Source: the human T2T-CHM13v2.0 reference genome, Homo sapiens. From it: 64,000 nucleotides of DNA. This document shows, one piece after another, positions 1-11,670 of this stretch. Each line of letters starts with the position of its first letter. Position 1 is the first letter of the stretch. The position numbers and the translations under genes were made by a program. Below the pieces are notes generated by a model that saw only the letters and a program-made list of their open reading frames with translations, did not search any database and was not told the origin of the DNA. The stretch lies in NCBI RefSeq assembly GCF_009914755.1, contig NC_060930.1; one strand, given 5' to 3'.

Positions 1-1310
1 CTCATCTTCGTGGATTTATCTACCTTTGATCTTTGATGTTGGTGACCTTCGAATGGGGTTTTTGCATGGTCCTTCTTTTTGTTGATGTTAATGTTGTTGC
101 TTTTTGTTTGTTAGTTTTCCTTCTAACAGGCCCCTCTGCTGCAGGTCTGCTGGAGTTTGCTGGAGGTCCACCCCAGACCTGTTTGCCTGGGTATCATCAG
201 GGGAAGCTGCAGAATAGCAAAGATTGCTCCCTGCTCCTTCCTCTGGAAGCTTCGTTTCAGAGGGGCACTCACAAGATACCAGCTGGAGCTCTCCTATATT
301 AGGTGTCTGTTGACCCCTGCTGGGAGGTGTCTCCCAGTCAGGAGGCACAGGGGTCAGGGACCCACTTGAGGAGGCAATCTGTCCCTTAGCAGAGTTCGAG
401 CTCTGTGCTGGGAGATCCGCTGCTCTCTTCAGAGCCAGCAGGCAGGAACATTTAAGTCTGCTGAAGCTTTGCTCACAGCTGCCCTTTCCCCCAGGTGCTC
501 TGTCCCAGGCAGATGGGAGTTTTCTCTATAAGCCCCTTGCTGGGGCTGCCACCCTTCTTTCAGAGATCAGACAGTCTGGCTACAGTTGCTTTTCTGAGCT
601 GTGGTGGGTTCTGCCCAGTTTGAACTTCCTGGAGGCTTTGTTTACACTGTGAGGGGAAAACTGCCTACTCAAGCCTCAGTAATGGTGGATGCCCCTCTCA
701 CCACCAAGCTCCAGCATTCCAGGTCGACTTCAGACTGCTGTCCTGGCAGCGAGAATTTCCAGCCGTTGGATCTTAGCTTGCCGGGCTCCATGGGGATGGG
801 ATCTGCTGAGCTAGACCACTTGGCTCCCTGGCTTCAGTCCCCTTTCCAGGGGAGTGAATGGTTCTGTCTTGCTGGTGTTCCAGGCACCACTGGGGTGTGA
901 AAAAAAACAAACAAACAACTCCTGCAGCTAGCTTGGTGTCTCCCCAATCGGCTGCCCAGTTTAGTGCTTGAAACCCAGGGCCCTGGTGATGTAGGCACCT
1001 GAGGGAATCTCCGGGTCTGTAGGTTGTGAAGGCCTTGAGAAAAGTGTAGTATCTTGGCTGGATAGCACCGTACCTCACGGCACAGTCCCTCATGGCTTCC
1101 CTTGGCTAGGGGAGGGAGTTCCCCAACCTCTTGCGCTTCCCTGGTGAAGCGACACCCTCCGTGGGCTGCACCCACTGTCTAACCAGTTCCAGTGAGATGA
1201 ACCAAGTACCTCTGTTGGAAATGCAGAAATCACCTGCATTCTGTTTTGGTCTTGCTGGGAGCTGCAGACTGGAGCTGTTCCTGTTTGGCCATCTTGCCAG
1301 CCACCTCCTC
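1..1310 (-). mobile_element. LINE-1 5' UTR (L1PA7/8-like) with ORF1 start codon; element continues left of the window
   Basis: Minus strand starts ggaggtggctggcAAGATGGCCaaacaggaacagctccag (YY1-type L1 5' end at 1287-1295). ORF1 ATG is the cat at 3-5, in the typical gataaatccacgaagATG context. Confidence 0.9.
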
Positions 1311-3556
1311 TGCTAGCTCTTTTATAGTTTCATCTTTTTACCTTTAATGCATTAATCTTTCCAGTATTTATTTTGGTGTATTTCGTGAGGTAAGGCTCTA
1401 ACCTTCTTTCCAAAAGGATAACCAATTATCTTAGTGCTATTGGTTGAGTAATTAACCTTGTCCCCATGGATTTGACATGCTAAGTTCATATATTCTTATT
1501 TTCCTGTTGCCTTTCGTTGTTTTCTGCTCCACTGATCTGGCCCCATGAAATGTACCAGTTTTTAGAATGTTTAGCCATGTTTTATAGTATATTTTAACTG
1601 CAGTTAATGGGTTCCCTCTCTTTATGCTTCATTTTTGGTATATATCTTATATGAACTTTAGAATTTTTATTGTTAAATTCTTAAATTCTATTGGAAATTT
1701 TGATTTGAATTGCCTTGAATTCATACATTTGTGTAGTGCAGAATTGATATCTTTGTTATATTAATTCTATTCGGTAACATATATGTCTCATTTTTGTCCT
1801 AAATTCTTTCACATTCCTACATAATGTTTTGATTTTTTTCTTTATAAACATTATTCATATATGCACAGGAGTTTATTCCTACATATCTATTTTTATTGCT
1901 ATGTAAAAATATACTTTTCGGTTTTTTTACAGAGTGCTTATTGTTGGTACATAGGTGATATTGATTTTATATATTCAATTTTTAAACATCCATGTTCATA
2001 TACTCATAAATTCAATTTGTTTTTCAGCTGATTCTCATAGCTTTTTTAGGTAAAGACTCAAAGCAATGAAAAATTTGTTTCTTTTGGAACAATATGCTCT
2101 TAAGTTTCCATTTAATCTTATTTCAGAATTGAAATGATAAAGATGATATATACAAGTCACAAATTCACAGCACATTCTCTTCATTAGAGTAAATCAAATG
2201 AAACATCAGTATATATTAATAACCACCATCTTTTTATCACTGTCTTTTCAGATTTAAGGAACATGCAGATTTCACCACATTTTAATGTATTTGCACTTAA
2301 AGATTATGTAAAATTATTTTCAATGCAAAGCTTAAATAAATAATATTTTCATTTCTGAATACTGTTTTTATTCCATAACTTAAATATAACTATTTTCAAT
2401 GTAATCTTTTTTACTGTAAAAAAGTATGTGTACTATTTAGATGTAATTACTTGTAGTTCATTATTTTTTATAGTTCTTAAATGCTATTCTAGTCAATCAG
2501 TACATACCCACTGAAGAAATGAAAGATTCTTATTAATAATTGCTGAGAGCATAGCTATTGGGTATCCTTTATTTTCTCCCCCCTTGCTAGAGAATAATAT
2601 TGGAAAGTAGTATTTCAGTTCTGTCATAAATATGCCAGTAATTGACATGGCCAAGTGAGTGTTTAAACCTGGACTCATTTGTGAATTTGTAATTGGTATG
2701 CTTTCCAAGGTGTGATTTAATGTAGAAATATAAACTTGAGCTCCTTAAAATGATTGGTTTAAATGTTGATTTAAAAAATGGTCAATAATAGTAGCAGTAG
2801 GGTAGATACATGCATATTGCTTTTTGATTGACAGAGCTTTGTAGTTTTAATTGTGGAACTCATGCTCTCTCTATAATTCTGTGACTATATACTTTGCCTG
2901 GTGAAACTTACGAATGTGCCGATCACTTTATCATCATACCATCCAGAGTATTATCTTTGCACTTATGACAGTTGTAAGACCAAAGCTTAGACTTGCTGCT
3001 CTCTTGTGAGTTACTTACATGAAATGTTTTTTTGTAATGTTTATTCAGTATATTATATGTGAAATCACCCAGCTGTAAGATGTTATCCTTGCAAGTACCT
3101 ATAGTACACATCGATAGTTTCCTCTGGTAATCTAGGAGATAAATTCATTGTGAATTTTTTTAAGTTGTGAGTTCTAGGATCCTTCTGCTTTGCCAGCTTG
3201 TAGTTACTGAAAATGAAATTGAGCCTTTACATTTAGAGTGATGATGAAGGTAATTGGCATTCATATGTAATAAATGGATTTATATTTAAATAAATGAAAT
3301 AATTGCTTTCCCACAGCTGAGTGTGTTACACTCACTGGTATTTGTTGAATTACACATTTTGTTTTCCATTTGGAACTTAAGAATTCTCACTATGTTAATA
3401 AGTTTGGGAATTTTGTAAACTTTGACATTGTAAATTATATAGGGAGTCATGGACTACTTTGTATATGTGGCAGAAAAGTTTTTAATAATTTAAGGTTGTA
3501 TATACTTTTATAATATTCTGAAGCATCAAGTAGGTCTTGGTGTTTTTATTTTCTAG

Positions 3557-3736
3557 AATGTTCTGAAGGATCTGGAAAAGAGAAAAGCTGATTTAAATAC
3601 CATCACAGAGAGTAGTGCTGCCCTGCAAAACTTGATTGAGGGCAGTGAGCCTATTTTAGAAGAGAGGCTCTGCGTCCTTAACGCTGGGTGGAGCCGAGTT
3701 CGTACCTGGACTGAAGATTGGTGCAATACCTTGATG
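3557..3736 (+). CDS. UTRN: UTRN coding exon, 180 nt, phase 0-0 (DMD exon 35 equivalent)
   Basis: ttctag|AATGTT...TTGATG|gtatgt; [60 protein letters not shown]. Confidence 0.96.
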
Positions 3737-4084
3737 GTATGTCTCAGGAAAAAGTAAATGATGAAATCTTCTCCTCTCTTCTAGTTATTTTTTAAATGAA
3801 TACAACTTTGATTAAATTTCAAATCCTGTTTACTGTGTGTCACAGTGATGTTTTGCTTGTGAATTAATTTCATTAGACTAGGTTTTATTTTTTCTTTGGA
3901 AAGGTAATAACTAGAAAGAATTTACAGTGTTTCTAAATATTCATGATCTGCATGGAATGAGGTACTTTCATATTTTAGTAAATGCACCTTATTTGTTTCA
4001 TTTTAATGATTTCATATTGTATTTGATTTTCGTACTATCAGAAGCTATTTTTATATAAAATCTTCATAGTGTTTGAATAATGGC

Positions 4085-4290
4085 ATACTGGTTAAGAGCA
4101 CAGGCTCTAGCATCTGACGGCCTATGTAAAAATTTTCATTACTAGCTTGGTAACACTGGTAAAGTTACTTAAACATTCTCTAAACCTCAGTTGTTTAATT
4201 TGTAAAATGGACATTATTATATCTATCTCATACAGTTTTGCAATGATTGATTATGAGCCTTAAACATGTAGTGCTCTTAAATAACTATAT
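4085..4290 (+). mobile_element. MIR (approximate bounds)
   Basis: ggttaagagcacaggctct...aagttacttaaac...cctcagtt...tgtaaaatgg MIR core. Confidence 0.7.
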
Positions 4291-4629
4291 GCAAAACAAC
4301 CAATTTTAGAGTTTGCTATGATTATAATTATTAAATATTGTATATGTGTTAGTCTTTGGTTATGCCACTGCTCTGTAAATTTGCATCTCATGGAAATAGT
4401 TACCATTTAATTTTTATATGGTTTTATGTTCCTATGATACTAATTGTGAATATATGGCCACCCCACCCTCCCCTGCTGAGGAAGGCATTGTCATTTATAA
4501 TTTTTTTTAATTCTGAAATACCTGAGATAGGACTTTTATCAAATTTATAGAATTACTAGGTAATGGATAGAGACATAAAAAATACATTATCATGTGTTTG
4601 AATATTTATTTAAATTCCTCAGGATGTGT

Positions 4630-4852
4630 AGGGCAGTGAAGAGCATGGGCTTTGCTCTTGATCTCTAACAGATTTATATCCACAGTCCATGACTTATTAT
4701 CTGTTTAACTTTAGCTAAGTTACTTAATGTTACTAAGCTTAAATTTCCATATATACAGAATGAGAACAAAAGTATATACCTAACAGAGTTGTTAAATATT
4801 GAATATAATAGTGAATATGAGATTCTTGGCACATAGAATATGCTCATTAAAT
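4630..4852 (+). mobile_element. MIR (approximate bounds)
   Basis: gtgaagagcatgggcttt...aagttacttaa...ggcacatagaatatgctcattaaat. Confidence 0.65.
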
Positions 4853-5169
4853 ATTTTATATATTAATTTTTAATTACTAGCTTTATTTCACATTCTTATG
4901 GCCCTTATTTCTGTATTCTTCAGTCTACACCTTTCAAACTCTCCATTCAAGCAGTATCTTTCTAGTGCTGTTAGAACATTTGATTTACCTGCTTAATAGG
5001 GGTAAACAAGTCTGGCACTCATCAGTTCTTCCTACTTAGAATCCAGATCACTGTTGATATTTTCTCATATCATTTATTAGTTCACATTTTCTTTTTTTAA
5101 AAATGTTTATTTTAAGTTCAGGGGTACAAGGGCAAGTTTGTTTTATTTTTATATTGTTTATTTGTTCAC

Positions 5170-5452
5170 TTTTTTTTTTTTTCTGAGGCTGGGTGTCAGT
5201 CTGTCACCCATGCTGGAGTGCAGTGGTATGCAACCTCGACCTCCCCAGGCTCAGGTGATCCTTCCACCTCAGCCTTGAGAGTAGCTGGGACTACAGGCAT
5301 GCGCCACCACACCCGGCTAATTTTTTTATTTTTTGTAGAGAGGGGGTTTCACCATGTTGTCCAGGCTGGTCTTGAATTCCTGAGGTCAAGTGATCCTCCC
5401 ATCAGGGCCTCCCAAAGTACTGGATTACAGGCGTGAGCCACCACACCCAGCC
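5170..5452 (-). mobile_element. Alu (J-like), followed on the minus strand by a ~40-bp L1 3' terminus (5105-5145)
   Basis: Reverse-complement Alu with poly-T; shared TSD acattttctttttt at 5084-5097 and 5454-5467. Confidence 0.93.
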
Positions 5453-5883
5453 TACATTTTCTTTTTTCAACTATGTTTCATATTATAGATTAATGATTTC
5501 TTTCTTTGTAAAAACTTTTACTGTCTAAGCATTTTCCAGTTTCTTTTATCCCACAAAATATAATTGCTAAAGGTTAATTTCATCATAAGTCTCGTTACCC
5601 TTTTTGGTCACACTCTAACTTCTTGCCTTAGATTAACTGTTTTTCCCAGTCATAATCTGCTTAACTCTTGCTTCTGTTTTCAAATCTGTTCTGTCAAGCA
5701 CATTTCATGTCCTGCTTCAGTACATCTTGCTGTGGTCTGTGCCAGATGTAATATTAAGGGCTGGTGATACTGAGGTAAGGATACAAAGGCACTGTCCTTT
5801 GAGCAGAGCATACAGAATCTTTTTCAATTCATATTTTCATCATTTTAAAAAATTATTCCTTAAATGAGTTTTTTAAAAATATG

Positions 5884-6180
<297 letters not shown>

Positions 6181-6521
6181 GATTGAAGAGGGCAAATCAG
6201 ATCAGTTGTAATATAAGAATAAGGAATAAGAGATGAACTTGCATTGAAATTGAAAAAGAAACTTTCACCTTTTATTCTACTTCAACTTTTTATTGTGCTG
6301 AGGTCTAAATCAAATAAATTTAAAAAGTGTTAAGCACCATAGATGTGCATTTTTAGGAATAAGATGAGTTATTCACTGAAGAAGAGCTCTGCAGGAAGGT
6401 GAAAGCTCTCCTTTAAATTCATGGTACAGTTTGCTCTTTGAAGGTCTTTTAAATCTCTTTTAAGATTATCATCTTAAATATTTCATATGGTTATGTAAGC
6501 ATTTTATTAATTCCTTCGTAG

Positions 6522-6650
6522 AACCATCAGAACCAGCTAGAAATATTTGATGGGAACGTGGCTCACATAAGTACCTGGCTTTATCAAGCTGAAGCTCTAT
6601 TGGATGAAATTGAAAAGAAACCAACAAGTAAACAGGAAGAAATTGTGAAG
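6522..6650 (+). CDS. UTRN: UTRN coding exon, 129 nt, phase 0-0 (DMD exon 36 equivalent)
   Basis: cttcgtag|AACCAT...GTGAAG|gtagca; [43 protein letters not shown]. Confidence 0.96.
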
Positions 6651-6891
6651 GTAGCAAACACAGACATCAGTAACGCTTTTGGGAGTGGCATGTTTTGTTG
6701 TCATGTTTTCTCTTCTGGAATGCTCTAAGTTACTTAGCTCTCATTCCTCCCAAGCATTAGATTCATTAACATTTATTTTGATGGGAGAAACTGAGACAAT
6801 AAGAGACAAAATAAGAGACGAACTTGAAATTGAAAGACTTGTAAGAGATTTCAGCACAATCAACCGGAGTAAGACCTATTCACATAAGATG

Positions 6892-7108
6892 CCAATGAGT
6901 CTTGCTGATTGCTGACTTTTGTATTCTCCATTGAGTGCTGCTTACTTCTGTATTCTCCAGTGAGTCTTACTTACTTTTGTATTCTCCAATGAGTCTGTCT
7001 TACTTCTGTACTCTCCAATGAGTCTTACATACTTTTGTATTCTCCAGCGAGTCTTACTTCTGTATTTTCCAATGAGAATTACTTACCTCTGTGTTCTCCA
7101 ATGAGTCC
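6892..7108. repeat. Minisatellite, ~7.3 copies of a 29-bp unit (ccaatgagtcttacttactt[t/c]tgtattct)
   Basis: Units read directly, 25-36 bp long. Confidence 0.92.
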
Positions 7109-7262
7109 TATGTGAACAGCTCTCACCTGGTTGATTATGCTGAAATCTCTTACTGGGGATCCCAGATATTTATTTAAACTACCTTTCCTTCTGTATAAGC
7201 ATCACACTCATGTTTGGGTTTGATTTTTCCCATGAGATAATTTTGTGTTTTCTTATAATTAG

Positions 7263-7433
7263 CGTTTAGTATCTGAGCTGGATGATGCCAACCTCCAGGT
7301 TGAAAATGTCCGCGATCAAGCCCTTATTTTGATGAATGCCCGTGGAAGCTCAAGCAGGGAGCTTGTAGAACCAAAGTTAGCTGAGCTGAATAGGAACTTT
7401 GAAAAGGTGTCTCAACATATCAAAAGTGCCAAA
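7263..7433 (+). CDS. UTRN: UTRN coding exon, 171 nt, phase 0-0 (DMD exon 37 equivalent)
   Basis: aattag|CGTTTA...GCCAAA|gtgagt; [57 protein letters not shown]. Confidence 0.96.
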
Positions 7434-7520
7434 GTGAGTAATTATGCTTTTAGAGTAAACCATTTTTCCTATGGGTATGTATCTAAATGATAGTCATACA
7501 GTACATACATCAACAATTTT

Positions 7521-7817
7521 GTTTTATTATTTTAATTTTATTGTTTTCTCTCTCTGTCACCGAGGCTGGAGTGCAGTGGCATGAGCTCACTGCAACCTCC
7601 GCCTTCTGGGTGCAAGCTATTCTCCTGCCTCAGCCACCCAAGTAGCTGGGATTTCCGGCAACTGCCACCACACCCAGCTAATTTTTGTGTTTTTTTTAGG
7701 AGAGATAGGGTTTCACCATCTTGGCCAGGCTGGTCTTGAGCTGCTGACCTCAAGTGATCTGCCCGCCTTGGCCTCCCAAAGTGCTGGAATTACAGGTGTG
7801 AGCTGCTGCACCCGGCC
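7521..7817 (-). mobile_element. Alu (S-like)
   Basis: Reverse Alu; TSD aacaatttt at 7512-7520 and 7818-7826. Confidence 0.95.
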
Positions 7818-8841
7818 AACAATTTTTAAATTAAAATGTTTTTAATCACTTTTTCTTTGAATGGAGCATTTGTCCGTATTTATTTGTGATTGTGCATATG
7901 AAGGAGAGAAAACAAGCAATTAGTATTGAAGAAAATAACCTATTTGAGAAAAGGTTTCAAAGACTCAGTCAAAGGTTAGAATTGGTTATGAAATGATGAA
8001 ACTAATTCCCAAGCTAGGGATGAATATTAAACCCTTTATTTTATGGTCACACTCTATATATGTCTTCACATTGCACACACCTCAGAACTTGTTTTTTTTT
8101 TTGTTTTATATGACGACAAATCTAAAAGTTACAGATAATTTCACAGTTTAATCCTAATGTAGGAAAGTACTACCTGATTTTATAAATTTAATAAAGAGCT
8201 TTAGACATTTAATTAACAGGGTAATAAATAGGACCTTTATGAGAGTGCTAGTTTTCCCACACTTAGCCAACCCCAGATGGTATTTATCTGCATTTAGTTT
8301 TATTAAAATTGTTTTATTGAGTTTTATTTAAACAAATATAAAATTTTTCTACGTAGATGTTATCTGAAAAGATGACATTGAGAAATATGCACTTCTTTGA
8401 CGTTTGTGTATGAAAATCCAAGGGGAATTCTACTGAGGAAACTTAACTGGGAGACATTCTGTGAGGTGTCCCTGCCCTGGGGGCTGGGTGGCTGTTCTTC
8501 CTTTCTGTGGCCATGGTAAGGATAGTTTCTGGATCATGGCCATAGTTTCCTGCTATGCTCGCATGTGGTCTCCAAATCCACGCCACAACACTCTGGGCAG
8601 CCACAATGAATTGCAATACTACGTCACATCCCTGGCTAGAGTTTGGAGAAAACGGGTCATTCAGAGAAGTCTGAATTGGTAAAATCATTGCCATATAAAT
8701 GAATGAAACAAAAGTTAGCTGAGCTGAATAGAAAAGTCAGTTAAAAAAGTGTTAGTTTCTCTCTTGACACCCCATCTCTCTGATTAATGATGGAAAGTCA
8801 AATTAAAAATCTATTTTCAGAGAATTCTTTTCCTTCTACAG

Positions 8842-9000
8842 TTGCTAATTGCTCAGGAACCATTATACCAATGTTTGGTCACCACTGAAACATTTGAAAC
8901 TGGTGTGCCTTTCTCTGACTTGGAAAAATTAGAAAATGACATAGAAAATATGTTAAAATTTGTGGAAAAACACTTGGAATCCAGTGATGAAGATGAAAAG
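8842..9000 (+). CDS. UTRN: UTRN coding exon, 159 nt, phase 0-0 (DMD exon 38 equivalent, longer)
   Basis: ttctacag|TTGCTA...GAAAAG|gttggt; [53 protein letters not shown]. Confidence 0.94.
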
Positions 9001-9423
9001 GTTGGTTCAAGGAGATTTCAAAACCATGGTGGTCTCATTTTTCTTCTCTATTAATTTCATTTTTACATCAAGATGTTTGCCCATATAATCTGTCAAACAT
9101 GATGAAACAGATTCAAATGTGATTTTTTGATGTGTGTCAATGTAAGAGTCACATGATTCATGTGCTTAAAAAGAAAATAGACTCAGTTTCTGAACTAGAC
9201 ATAATCCTTAGTATTATCTAATGTTTGCTAAACTCTCTTTGAGACATTTTATCTTCAAATATAAAATATATTTAAAAAAAACATAAATTTTTTGATCGTT
9301 CAGGTTAACATATCTTGACGTATACTATACTAAGTAGGTTAGTTTTCCTCCTTAGGAGTTGATAGGAAGTGACCTTATGCATTTTTCTTTTGAGTCATTT
9401 TTTTTTTCCTTTTAAAAATTTAG

Positions 9424-9561
9424 ATGGATGAGGAGAGTGCCCAGATTGAGGAAGTTCTACAAAGAGGAGAAGAAATGTTACATCAACCTATGGAAGATAA
9501 TAAAAAAGAAAAGATCCGTTTGCAATTATTACTTTTGCATACTAGATACAACAAAATTAAG
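9424..9561 (+). CDS. UTRN: UTRN coding exon, 138 nt, phase 0-0 (DMD exon 39 equivalent)
   Basis: aatttag|ATGGAT...ATTAAG|gtatta; [46 protein letters not shown]. Confidence 0.95.
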
Positions 9562-9981
9562 GTATTATGATTGGAGAGTCTCTGTTGCATTTAAATACCT
9601 TACTTAACTCTTGCCATTCAGATGTGTGATGCTGCATCACAGATGCTTTAAAACACACCAGTTGGAATATCATCTCCTCCTTTCTAGTGTGTGTTACTAG
9701 ATGTGTTCATATTTTTGGATGGTGCAGAACTCAAAATGGAAATGTAAAACCTTATTATTGGCCATCTCTTTTGGATTTCTGATTATGTTATCAAACCTAA
9801 AAGAGATCTATCTATTTCAGAAGTGGCTTCCTCCAATTCCATATTTTATTTGTGAAGGTCTTGTCTATGTCAAAAAAAATTTCTAGTTTAAAAATAACTC
9901 AGTTTGTGAAAGTGATGTAATATGATTTATATTCTAGTAAAGATTCACTACCAGCTCCCTTTTTATTTCTTTATATTTTTC

Positions 9982-10111
9982 TTTTTTTTTTTTAAAGATG
10001 GGGTATCTCTATGTTGCCCAGGCTGATCTTGAACTCCTAGGCTCAAGTGATCCTCCTATGTCAGTCTCCCAAGTTGCTAGGACTACAGGTGTGTGGGCCA
10101 CCATATCCAGC
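9982..10111 (-). mobile_element. Alu monomer (FLAM-like)
   Basis: Single left-arm-type monomer with poly-T. Confidence 0.85.
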
Positions 10112-10239
10112 TCCAGCTCTTTTTTAAACGGCAATCTTTCTAGCTGCATTTTAAGTGTGCTGTTGTTCCCTGGGGTCCGTTCTTTGGTAGTTCCTTCTAG
10201 AACGATTTTTATTTGATGACTTTGGAAATTAAGTAGATC

Positions 10240-10522
10240 GATTATGGTACTGTATTTTTACTGTACCTTTTCTATGTTTAGATATGTTTAGATACATAAA
10301 TACTTCCAACTGTGTTTCAGAATTGCCTATAGTATTCAGTACAATAACGTGCTGTAAAGTTTTAGCCTAGGAGCAATTGACTATACCACACAGCCTAAGT
10401 GTGCAGGAGGCTGTACCATCTAGGTTTGTGTAAGGGCACTCTATGATGTTTGTATGACAATGAAATAACCTAGAGACACATTTCTCAGAACATGTCCCTG
10501 TTATTAAGCAATGCATGACTAT
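10240..10522 (+). mobile_element. Tigger3-type TcMar DNA transposon fragment
   Basis: tttttactgtaccttttctatgtttagat...ccatctaggtttgtgtaag...catttctcagaac...ttaagcaatgcatgactata terminus. Confidence 0.8.
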
Positions 10523-11483
10523 ACTTTAAAAACTAGCCATTCTCTCAAGGCTGAAGCCTCAACATCCTTCTTAACTATTTCTTGTTCCTCACATATCTTC
10601 TCACATCACACTGAGTAGGCATTAAAACTGTTGAGACTGCTTGAAGCAACATACAGGTTTGAACGTGAAGTTAGATATTGCTCTACCAGCTGCTTGTTTT
10701 ATGACCATCAGAAAGTGCCTTAGCTTATTTTACTTCACTATCCTTTCCATAATTTAGACTAATGATTTTCTCCCATGATATTATATCCCATGGACATATT
10801 CTTATGTCTGTTTTTTCTCATTCTAGCATGTCCTTTGTCTCTTCCTCACAGTTATTCTCCCCAAAGTCATGGCTGATCATGTCATTCCTTCATCGAAGAA
10901 ACTGTTTAGGAAAATATTGCAAAATACAGAAAAAGCTTTAAATGCAAGGTCTGTCAATATAACGACATACAAAGTCTTCAGTCTGACCCCTGGCTCCTTA
11001 TGTCTTTGATGTGCTGTCACTTCCCATGTAGTACAGCTATGCTGGTTTTTCTTTACATTTTCCTAAACACATCATGTGCCTTAGCACATCTGGGAACTTA
11101 TTAATTTTATTCCGATTCCCTAGAGTGAGTTTTGTCTTTTTAGGTTAGCTGAAAAATGCGTTATCTTTTAAAACTCAGCTCCATTTTTATTTCTAACTTC
11201 TGTCAGATTATATTATAGTTCTCTGCTTTATTGTGACTTTTTAAAGTATCTTTCTTCCCTAATGCTTCTCCAAGTTCAGGCAATATCTTTTTCATCTTTG
11301 GGTCCGAAATCAGAAATTATTACTGGCACAAAATAGAAATAAGTTTTAAGCTTTTAATACATAAATAAATTTGTTTGTTAAAAGTACTAATATATACTAT
11401 ACAAGCTAATTTCATTCTGGCTTTACTAACATTGGTAGGCGAACTATGTTACAAACTTCAAATCTATAGTTTTCAAACTTATA

Positions 11484-11670
11484 TGATTCTTAAGTGTGAA
11501 CATGAGAATTACTGTGGGGGAGCTTTAAAAAAACTACAGTGCCCAAATCTAATTCCTGAAACAGGTAAATCAGAATCTCTCAGGACCTAGGTGTGGGCAT
11601 TTACAAAAACAAAACACAAAACATTTGTAGATGATTTTAATGTACAATTAGGATTGAGAAGCACTAGTTT
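11484..11670. mobile_element. MER5A-like hAT-Charlie MITE
   Basis: ggagctttaaaaaa...aaatcagaatctct...gatgattttaatgtac...ttgagaagcact. Confidence 0.65.

Noticed and set aside
6892-7108. CRISPR-like array of ~29-bp repeats
   Set aside because: Units abut with no unique spacers, there are no cas genes, and the context is a eukaryotic intron; it is a minisatellite.
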